A DNA stretch of 64,000 bases from Macrostomum lignano (lineage: Eukaryota), in assembly GCA_002269645.1 (NCBI GenBank), contig NIVC01000278.1, positions 372,001-436,000 of the forward strand, given 5' to 3'. The translations under genes and the position numbers were made by a program. The notes beneath the pieces are model-generated. The model saw nothing but the letters and a program-made list of their open reading frames with translations, was not told where the DNA came from and made no database searches. Every line of letters begins with the position of its first letter. The stretch's first letter is position 1. Below are positions 39,060 through 50,111 of the stretch, in pieces.

Positions 39060-42000
39060 TTAACTATAGCGAAAAGCAGCCGAGCGGCCAAATAAACTGA
39101 TAGTAGTCGGATTGGCTCTCGTCTCTATAGCTGAATGAGACATACCTGTTTGATTACTGTTAACACTTGAGACGCAGGCGTTAGTCAGTACAATAGCAGC
39201 ACCCTGCGGCTGCGCTTGCACTGTTGCACTGCTGTCTTCCATGTGAAAAAATTCTCGATAAGCACTGATTCCAGATCCAAGCTCGTAGTTATCAAACTCA
39301 TCAGGTTTGTCTGCCGGGATGTTCACTTCAGCACTCGTGGCTGGTGTTGCAGTAGCCGTGGCAGGTGTTGCAGTTGCAGCGGCCGTGGCAGGTGTAGCAG
39401 TTGCAGCGGCCGTGGCAGGTGTAGCAGTTGCAGCGGCCGTGGCAGGTGTAGCGGCGCTCGAATGCCCTGCACTTTCAATAAGATCAGAATGTTGGTAATT
39501 GACAAATACCAGATCCGTATTTTCCAACTTTTCAACCAACTGAACACATTCCGCCCTGTTTAAATGATGGGGTGACTTGAAATCGAGAGAAAATCTTCCG
39601 CGTGCAAATTTGGTTTTGTTTCGCTTGTCACTCTCCATTTGCTTCCATGGAATCGGGCCTCTGTTTCCAGCTCTCTTGAAAGCAGTCGTTGCTTTCTCCT
39701 GGATTGACAGTCTCAGCTTCTTCACATCACGAAAAGCGTTGGAAGGTCCGGTAGCTTCAGCTCGAACTGATGCTTCTGTCGTAGCTTCCATTCGGGCTTG
39801 AGAGGCGATTTTTTCTTCTCGATGATATTCCTCTCCTTTCTTGATGATATCAGAAAGCTGTTTCACCGCTGCAGTTAATTCCTCTTGAACTCGGGAAGAT
39901 ACTCCATCAGATACGTAACATTCGGGCTTATCTGTTGGTATGGATGGAGGAATAACGACGCAGAAAGAGTTTTTAGCTCGTTTCAAGTCGACCAGAATGC
40001 TGCTTTTAAAATCTCTCGGACGATCTTTAGCCCTCTGCCTAAGAGCGTATTTCTCGTCCTGCGTTAGAGCCTGGTATTCAGCCTTGAGAGCAGGTGTCCA
40101 TTCTAAAAGTAATTTTGGGATTTAGGGATATACAGACATCGGAGATTAAGATTCAGACGGAGAGTCAGACAGACAGACACTAAGACATAGACAGACAGAC
40201 AGAGAGACACTAAGACATACAGACAGACAGACAGAAAGACACTAAGACATAGACAGACAGACAGACACTAAGACATAGACAGACAGAGAGACACTAAGAT
40301 ATACAGAAGGACAGAAAAAGAGACTGACAGACAGACAGTGAGACACTAAGACATACAGACAGACAGTAAGACATAGACTGACAGACACAGACACTAAGAC
40401 ATACAGACAGACAGACAGACACTAAGACATAGACAGACAGACAGAGAGATACTAAGACATACAGACAGACAGAGAGACACTAAGACATACAGACAGACAG
40501 ACAGAAAGACACTAAGACATAGACAGACAGACAGACAGACACTAAGACATAGACAGACAGAGAGACACTAAGATATACAGACAGACAGAAAGAGAGACTG
40601 ACAGACAGACAGTGAGACACTAAGACATACAGACAGACAGTAAGACATAGACTGACAGACACAGACACTAAGACATACAGACAGACAGACAGACACTAAG
40701 ACATAGACAGACAGACAGAGGGACACTAAGACATACAGACAGACAGAGAGACACTAAGACATACAGACAGAAATACACTAAGATAGACAGGCAGGCAGGC
40801 AGACAGACAGACAGACAGACAGAGAGACACTAAGACATACCTCACATACAGACAGACAGACAGACAAACAGAGAAACACTAATACATACAGACAGACAGA
40901 CAGACACTAAGATATATATACAGACAGACAGACAGACACTAAAATATACAGACAGACAGGCAGATACTAAGACATACAGACAGACAGAGAGACACTAAGA
41001 CATACAGACAGACAGACAGAAAGACACTAAGACATAGACAGACAGACAGACACTAAGACATAGACAGACAGAGAGACACTAAGATATACAGACAGACAGA
41101 AAGAGAGACTGACAGACAGACAGAGAGACACTAAGACATACCTCACATACAGACAGACAGACAGACAGAGAGACACTAAGACATACAGACAGACAGACAT
41201 ACAGACAGACAGACACTCAGACATACAGACAGACAGACATACAGACAGACAGACACTAAGGATACATACAGACAGACAGGCAGACCGACAAAAGACAGAT
41301 AGACAGACACTAAGATATACAGATGGACAGGCAGACAGACAGAAAGACAGATAGACAGACACTAAGATAGGGATAGCGACATTTGCCTGCGGGACGTTTG
41401 CCAGCCGACGTTTGCCTGCGGGACGTTTGCCAGCCGACATTTGCCAGCCGACGTTTGCCAGCCGACGTTTGCCAGTGGGACGTTTGCCAGCCGAAGTTTG
41501 CCTGCGGGACGTTTGCCAGCCGACGTTTGCCTGCGGGACGTTTGCCAGCCGACGTTTGCCAGCCGACGTTTGCCAGCCGAAGTTTGCCAGCCGACGTTTG
41601 CCAGCCGACGTTTGCCTGCCGGAAGTTTGCCAGCCAAAATTTGCTAGCCAATATAAAGCCAGTCAGTGAAAAATGTGATACTGAAATATTCGCAGTTTAG
41701 CGGTTTGACAAAAACCGTTTTTACTCCAACTTTTTTACGGTTATTCGCATGTATACAAGTTTGAAAGCAAAATATATAAATTATGCAGTTCATCAGTCTA
41801 ACGTCTAATATCTATTTTACCAACGATTTTGGCACAACATAACAAAAGATGAACACTGGGTTTGCCTCGTATGAAAGCAATAACAATTGTTGTGCTGAAA
41901 AGATGAAAACTTCCTATCTCCCTATGGCCTTCAAAACATTTTTCATAGATTTCGAGTGCTGCGTACTTCTACTTTAGTAGTCCTTGGCGTGACTAAGCTT

Positions 42001-43324
42001 TGCATACGTAGTGTCTAGCGCTTGCTATCCTACTAGCTTGCTACTGGCGGCTTGTCTGGCTATTCAGCTATATAGCTTACTATAAAAACGTACCGCATTC
42101 GACTCGTCTACACATGTACGTTGAGATCGCGGTTTCCTGGCTTACTTGAGTAGTAATACAACAGAATTGGAATCCAATGCTTACTTTTGGATCTCCCAAT
42201 GAACTGAGAAATATATGAGCCAGAATTACCGCTCAGCAGCTCTTTTTGTGTGCCTCATAACTTAATCGCTGGAGATTCCCGTTGTAATCTGCGCGTCTTC
42301 TTTCGCACATCAAAAATCAAACATCTCAAACTGGGAAAAACGATACACAATTGTCAAAAGTAAACAATATTTTCACATTCAAAGAAAATCGTTGTTAAAC
42401 TGGATATTAGATGTAAATCTATATAAATTGCATAATAATTTATATCTATATAAATTGCATAATTTATATAGATTTTGCATAAATTGCTTAATTTATATAG
42501 ATTTTGCATAAATTGCATAATTTTTATATTTTGCATTTCAAACTTGTATATATGCAAAATTGCGAATAACCGTCAAAAAGTTGGAGTAAAAATGGTTTTT
42601 GTCAAACCGCTAAACTGCGAATATTTCAATATCAAATTTTTCACTGACTGGCTTTATATTGGCTGGAAAACTTCCGGCAGGCAAACGTCGGCTGGCAAAC
42701 GTCGGCTGGCAAACGTCCCGCAGGCAAACTTCCGACTGGCAAACGTCCCGCTGGCAAACGTCGGCTGGCAAACGTCGGCTGGCAAACGTCGACTGGCAAA
42801 TGTCGGCTGGCAAACGTCCCGCAGGCAAACGTCCGGCAGGCAAACGTCCCGCAGGCAAACGTCGTAGACCCACTAAGATATACAGACAGACAGAGAGACA
42901 GACAGAAATAGAGACAGACAGACAGACAGAGAGACAGTAAGACATACAGACAGAGAGACACTAAGACATACAGACAGAGAGACACTAAGACATACAGACA
43001 GACAGACATACAGACAGACAGACAGAGACAGTAAGACATACAGACAGACAGACAGACAGACAGACACTAAGACATACAGACAGACAGATACTAAGACATA
43101 CAGACAGACAGACAGACAGACACTAAGACATACAGACAGACAGACAGAGAGACAGTAAGACATACAGACAGACACTAAGACATACAGACAGACAGAGAGA
43201 CAGTATAATAGACAGACAGACACAGGGATAACCAGAAATATTTGACCAGACTAAAAAACAAAGGGTTACTCACTTGCAACTCCGTGCTCGCCCAAAAACT
43301 GTGTGGCTACCGTGTGAAGCATAT
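39060..43324 (-). CDS. Unidentified spliced gene (two exons seen: 43324-43274 and 40102-39060), weak HMG-box-like segment
   Basis: The 51-nt exon has acceptor ttttcctctcag| and donor |gtgagt and joins in phase 1 to acceptor ttttag| at 40102. Product: MLHTVATQFLGEHGVAKWTPALKAEYQALTQDEKYALRQRAKDRPRDF... continuing stop-free for ~347 codons to TAA at 39060. Confidence 0.55.
40140..43225. repeat. (CAGA)n/CACTAAGACATA minisatellite filling the intron, split by a MULE insertion
   Basis: Same unit and orientation at 40140-41369 and 42872-43225. Confidence 0.95.
41370..42871. mobile_element. Non-autonomous Mutator/foldback element (1502 bp) with ~400-bp TIRs containing 14-bp tandem repeats
   Basis: Ends GGGATAGCGACATTTGCC / GGCAAACGTCGTAGACCC. 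Internal (TTTGCCAGCCGACG)n occurs on both arms in opposite orientation. 9-bp TSD ACTAAGATA at 41361-41369 and 42872-42880. Confidence 0.9.
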
Positions 43325-44914
43325 CTGAGAGGAAAAGTAGGGAATAATTTATTTTCTTACGATTGTGCAATAAACAACACGACACAAAAAACTGTTTTGA
43401 GCATGATTTTTACCCCTAGAATCCCTGTAATTATTTTTTACGCTAATCATAGAGTTCTAATCATAGTCTAATCTAATCTACTCTCTCCCCTCCTCTAAGA
43501 TCTTCTCTACTCTCCTCAACTCTCCTCTCCCTTCTACTCTACTCTCCTTACCATACCTCTCCTCTCTACTCTCTCCCCTTCTCTATCCTCTTCACTACTC
43601 TCCTCAACTCTCCTCTCTACTCTCTCCCCTCCTAGGTTTATTTTTTGTGCGTAGTGTGCGTATGCACCCTAAATTTTAAAATTGCAACCTGAAATAAAAA
43701 ATTAAAAAATATAAAAATTAATTCAACGTGTAGTCGCATAACCTTTTTTTTCCATGAAGCCTTATTTGCACTGCGTTTAAATAAGAAAAAGAGAAATTCC
43801 TACCTATCTATCTATCTATAGGAACCTTCGTTTAACTTGACTTTGCGTGGTCGGAATTTCGTGGGGTTTGCTGCATTCGATGCGTATTGATGGTGCGCTG
43901 GTACACAAAATTTTGCTAAGAAATTACTTTAATTTTTAGGGATTAAATATTCGAAAAACTCGATTTTTGCCCCGTTTTTTTAAGTTTAAACAGTTTTTTT
44001 CGATTGAGAAGCATTCTGACTGCCGATGGAATTGTATTGCATCAAAACTAAGTGCCAACTATAGCATTGGTTCTCTACACTCGCGTGGAGAGCTACAAGC
44101 GTTGAAAGGTTGCGCAACAAATTTTAGCTATTGAAATTGAGGGGCGGGTGTTGCTATTCAATTAGTCCTGGGCATTGGCTTGGTTGTTAATTTTAATGCA
44201 TCAACTTGCAGGCCTCTCACTGTAGCTGGCGCTGAATGTACACCTTTATAAATTTGACTGCTTTAAAGCAGGAATATCAAACCGTTGTTTGTGCTTCGAG
44301 TTTTTCACTTTCAGAAGAGAGCCTTGTATTGCTGGAAAGAGCTTGAAACGCTGAGTTCGGGAATATAATTTCTTTGCTTAGATTCAAAAAATTAAAAGCA
44401 CAGCATTAAAAAGAAGATTCCTATGAATTTTACTTTATATACTCATTGTACGCTCTCCAATATCGCAAACCCCTATTTTATCGCAACTCCACAATTCAAG
44501 CCAGCGCCATTGAATTTAGATTTAGATGGCGTAATCATATTGGTGATTTTATTTGAAACTGATACAGACTGGCTGTGAAATTTTGTCATAACTGCTTCGT
44601 GTGATTTACTCTGTGCGTGGAGTTTTGAAAGTGTTGAATTATGTAAGTGCTACAATTTATGTTATTAAAACAATGAGAGATAGCCTAAAGCTCGAAAGGT
44701 AAACAGACTGACCTGTTAATGCAGCGACGTGGGTTCGAATTTTTAAATTGTAGAAGTTTTTTATAAAAAAAATTTATAATTTAAATTTAATAAAGTTTAA
44801 TTTTAAACTTTTTAGCTAAAGAAAACTAAAAAAACGTCAGGTAAATCAGGCAGAAGAGAAGCTACGAGTATTCATGTAGTATATTCAAAACTTTTTATTA
44901 AACTGAGATGCCAA

Positions 44915-45895
44915 GGCTAAGGGGAATTGCTGAGATATCAAGACGTGAGGGGAATTGCTGAGATGTCAAGACTTAGTGGGGGAATTACTGAGATATAAGG
45001 GCTTACTGAGAGAATTACTGAGATGCCAAGGCTTAAGAGTGAATTGCTGAGATGTCAAGGCTTGGAGGGAATTGCTGAGATGTCAAGGCTTAAGAGTGAA
45101 TTGCTGAGATGTCAAGGCTTAAGAGTGAATTGCTGAGATGTCAAGGCTTGGAGGGAATTGCTGAGATGTCAAGGCTTAAGAGTGAATTGCTGAGATGCCA
45201 AGGCTTAAGAGTGAATTGCTGAGATGTCAAGGCTTGGAGGGAATTGCTGAGATGTCAAGGCTTGGAGGGAATTGCTGAGATGTCAAGGCTTAAGAGTGAA
45301 TTGCTGAGATGTCAAGGCTTGGAGGGAATTGCTGAGATGTCAAGGCTTAAGAGTGAATTGCTGAGATGCCAAGGCTTAAGAGGGAATTGCTGAGATGTCA
45401 AGGCTTAAGAGTGAATTGCTGAGATGCCAAGGCTTGGAGGGAATTGCTGAGATGTCAAGGCTTAAGAGTGAATAGCTGAGATGCCAAGGCTTAAGAGTGA
45501 ATTGCTGAGATGTCAAGGCTTAAGAGTGAATTGCTGAGATGCCAAGGCTTAAGAGTGAATTGCTGAGATGCCAAGGCTTAAGAGGGAATTGCTGAGATGT
45601 CAAGGCTTAAGAGTGAATTGCTGAGATGCCAAGGCTTAAGAGTGAATTGCTGAGATGCCAAGGCTTGGAGGGAATTGCTGAGATGTCAAGGCTTAAGAGT
45701 GAATAGCTGAGATGCCAAGGCTTAAGAGTGAATTGCTGAGATGTCAAGGCTTAGAGGGAATTGTTGAGATGTCAAGGCTTAAGAGTGAATTGCTGAGATG
45801 TCAAGGCTTGGAGGGAATTGCTGAGATGTCAAGGCTTAAGAGTGAATTGCTGAGATGTCAAATCTTGGAGGGAATTGCTGAGATGTTAAGTCTTG
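44915..45895. repeat. 23/24-bp minisatellite (GAATTGCTGAGATGTCAAGGCTTAAGAGT-like; array A)
   Basis: Direct reading; a degenerate second copy lies at ~47250-47750. Confidence 0.95.
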
Positions 45896-45899
45896 GGGA

Positions 45900-47050
45900 G
45901 GAATTCTATGGATTTAGGAATCTTTGAACGAGAGATGCTTCTAATGGATATCTCGAGGAGATGAGGGGATTCTTTGGCCAAGAATTCTATTCATGGGCGG
46001 ATTATTTGGATGAGAGATTCTTTGGATTCCTTGAATGGGGGATTCTGTTGATGGGGATTATTTGGACGTGGATTTTTTGAACGGGGGTTTTTTAGATGAG
46101 GGTATTCTTTGGCCAATTATTCTTTTGATGGGAGAATCAATGGATAATGTGGATGGAGATTCTGTGGATGGGGATTCTTTGGACGTGGATTATTTGCATG
46201 AGGATTCTTTGGAGGGAGATTCTTTAGATAGGAATGGATGGGGATGGATAGGAGGATTCTTTGGATACGGATAAATAGGGGCATTTTTTCGCTAGGGATG
46301 GATGGGGGATTCTTTGGATATGGATGGGTGGGGGATTCTTGGGATATGGATGGATGGGGGGTGTGGCGGAAAGTGCAATTCATTATTTTCAATCAATTAC
46401 TCCATCTCAATCTGCGCCGACTCTATTATGCCCGCACATTGATTTTCTCCAAATACGCCCGTATCGATTTAATGTACGCAAATGCGATGTACGCAAGCCA
46501 GGTGAACTTACTCTTTTTTACACGGCCTTCATTAACTATTTAATAAATAAACTGTAGCCCAGTGAGGCTCGGATCGTGGTTTTTTGTGCATAGCGCAGCG
46601 TCGCTAAAAGTTCAATCCAAATTAACTACAATTCAACTACAGGGGGATTCTTTGGATATGGATGGGTGGGGGATTCTTTCGATGGGAATTCTGTGAATGA
46701 GAGATTCTTTAAATAGGGATTCTTTTGAAGGGGATTCTTTGCATGTGAGATGTTATGGATGGGCAATGGATTGGATGGGAAATTCTTCAGATAGGAAAAT
46801 TCCTTGAATGGGGAATTCTTTGGATCCTGGATTCTATTGATAGGGGTTCTTTGGATGGGGATTCTATGCATGTAAGATTCTATGGATGGGCAATTCTTCA
46901 GATAGGAGAATTCCTTGAATGGGGAATTCTTCGGATCGGTGATTCTATCGATGGGAGGTTTTTTGTTTTTTTGGATGGCGGATTCTTTGCATGTGAGATT
47001 CTTTGTATCGTGGATTCTATGGGTGGTGTATTCTTTGGATGAGGGATTCT
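45900..47050. repeat. Degenerate GGGATTCTTTGGAT-type array (array B)
   Basis: Direct reading; a second copy lies at ~47755-48530. Confidence 0.9.
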
Positions 47051-48641
47051 TTGTATGGGAAATTCAGTTGGGTGAAATTTTATTGCGTGGAAAAACTGTG
47101 GCTGGAGTTTGGACGGAAAGCCCCAACGGGAGTTGGAATTGGCTAGCTGAGGAAATTGCTTCATTAATCTTGCTGGGGGTACTTTCTATCAGGGGTTGCT
47201 TGCTATCGGAAGGACGCTTGCTCTTGGGGGATGCTTGCTCGGAAGAGAATTTTAAGATGTCAAGATTTACGAGGGGAATTATTGAGATACATGTATAAAA
47301 TCTTACCTTGGGGAATTAATGACATGTGAAGGCTTAAGAGGGACTTGCTGAGGTGTCAAGTCTTGTTGGGGAATTGCTGAGATGCCAAGGCTTAAGAGGG
47401 AGTTCCTGAGATTTCAAGACTTGGGAAGGAGAATTACTCAGATGTCAAGGCTTAGGGGAATTTCTGAGACGTCAAGGCTTGTGGGGGCAATCGCTGAGAT
47501 GTCAAGGCTTGTGGGGGGAATTTGTTGAGGTGTGAAGGCTTAAAAAGGAATTGCTGAGATATAAAGGCTTACTGGGAGAATTACTAAGATATCAAGGCTT
47601 GGGGAGGGGAATTACTGAGATGTCAAGGCTTTGGACGGGGAGAAATTGGTAACATGTCAAGGTTTGCGCCGGAATTGCTTAGATGTCAATGCTTGGGGAA
47701 AATTTCTGAGGTGTCGAGGCTTGGGGGAATTGCTGAGATGTTAAGTCTTGGTGGAATTCTATGGATTGATGATTCTTTGGATGAGGGATGCTTCTAATGG
47801 ATAAATTTGGATAGGTGATTCATTGGGCAATTTCTTCGGAGGGGCATTGTTTCGATGGAGGGTTTTTTGAATGGGGGATTTTTTAGATGTATGATTCTTT
47901 AGATGGGGGTTATTTGAACGGGGGTTCTTTAGATGAGGGGATTCTGGGATTCTTTGGCCAATTATTTTTTTGATGTGGGATTATTTTAGGATGTGAATTC
48001 TTTGGAGGGGGGATTTTTCGGAGGAGCAATTTTTTGGATATGGATGGTTGAGGGGATTATTTAGATAGGAATGGATGGGGAAATTCTTTGGATAGGGATG
48101 AATTGGAGGATTCTTGGGATAGGGATGGATGGGCGATTCTTTAGATAGGGAAGTGTGGGGGATTCTTTGGATAGAGGGTTTCTGTGGATGAGGGATTTCT
48201 TGAATAAGGGATTCATTGGACGGGGAATTCTTCAGATGAGAGGATTCCTTCAATGGGGAATTCTTCGGATCGGGGATTCTATCAATGGGATGGGATGGGG
48301 ATGGGACGGGAAGGATTGGTATTCTTTGCATGTGAGATTCTATGGATGGGCGACTCATTAAATAGGGAATTCTACAGATAGAGGATTCCTTGAATGGGGA
48401 ATTCTTCGGATCGGGGATTCTGTCGATGGGGGGTTCTTTGTATGGGGATTCTTTGGATGAGGGTTTTTTGCATGTGGGATTATTTGCATCAGTGATTTTA
48501 TGGATGAGAGATTCTTTGGATGAGGGGTTCAGTTGGGTGAATTTCTTTTGCATGGGAAAACTTTGGTAGGAGTTCTGACGGAAAGCCCCAACGGGGGTTG
48601 GAATTGGCTAGTCCATTATACTAAAAATCAAAACTATGTAC

Positions 48642-48687
<46 letters not shown>

Positions 48688-50111
48688 GTCTATAGGAACC
48701 TTCGTTTAACTTGACTTTGCGTGGTCGGAATTTCGTGGGGTTTTCTGCATTCGATGCGTATTTTAGGTGCGCTAGTACACAAAATTTTTCTAAGAAATTG
48801 CTTCATTTTTTAGGGATTAAATATTCGAAAAACTCGATTTTTGGCCCGTTTTTTAAGTTCAAACAGTAATTTCCGATTGAGAAGCATTCTGACTGCCAAT
48901 GGAATTGTATTGCATCATAACTCAGTGCCAACTATAGCATTGGTTCTCTTCACTCGCGTGGAGAGCTACAAGCGTTGAAAGGTTGCGCAACACATTTTAG
49001 TTATTGAATTGAGGGGCGGGTGTCACTATTCAATTAGTCCTGGGCATTGGCTTGGTTGTTAATTTCAATGCATCAACTTGCAGGCTTCTCACTGTAGCTG
49101 GCGCTGAATGTACACCTTTATGAATTTGAATGCTTTAAAGCAGGAATGTTGAATCGTTGTTTGTGCTTCAAGTTTTTTACTTTCAGAAGAGAGCCTTGTA
49201 TTGCTGGAAAGAGCTAGAAACGCTCAGATCGGGAATGCAATTTGTTTGCTGAGATTCGAAAAATTAAAAGCACAGCATTAAAAAAGAAGATTTCTATGCA
49301 TTTTACTTTACATACTCATTGTACACTCTCTCATATCGCAACCCCTACCATCACTCAATCAAGCGCCATTGATAAGCAAGGAGGGTCTGCTCACGGTGTT
49401 GCGCAATAAAGCTCAATACTATATGCTCTTGGTTGATATTGAATTCAACCGTAATTGAATGTACAGTTGTTGAAACCCCAAACACTGGAGTCACGAGCGC
49501 TCAATTCATTGAAGTTGCAGCGCACATTTAATTCACTTTGAATGTGCTGTTAAGGCAAGACTTTAGCCTGCCTTTTGAACTGGGTTTTCTATAAAGATTC
49601 ATTTCATCAGCAAAATATCAGATTATAATCTTCTCACCTACCTTTATTAGTACACTGACAACTACTGGCTTAATTAAACAGTTTCTATCTACACAATTTG
49701 ATACATAACTGAGATATCTGGTATATTCTGATACAAATTATTATCTACTGAATCGCCATCGAGTATTACTTTTTTACATCAAATTATTCATTTCATACTT
49801 TAGTACCGCAAGTTGTATAATTATTTGTAAATTGTATAATTATTTTTAAAATGTAGCAACTACTATTGCAACTTTATTCATTCATACTTTAGTACCGCAG
49901 TTGCATAATTATTTGTAAATTGTATAATTATTTGTAAAACGTAGCAACTACTATTGCAACTTTATTCATTCATTCTTTAGTACCGCAGTTGCATAATTAT
50001 ATTTGTAAAAAGTAGCAACTACTATTGCAACTATATTATACTTTTATTCCGCATTCTTTTTACCGTATTTTGTATATTTCTATCCGTACTTACTAAGTAT
50101 CAATAATAGCT

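Larger units (their letters stand above)
43798..48611 (+). mobile_element. Non-autonomous Helitron derivative made largely of minisatellites, with two 3' terminators
   Basis: 43801-~44480 is homologous to 48639-~49345, the 5' region of the autonomous element. Hairpin CCAAC-GGGR-GTTGG + AATTGG + CTAG occurs at 47143-47146 and again at 48608-48611. Confidence 0.75.
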
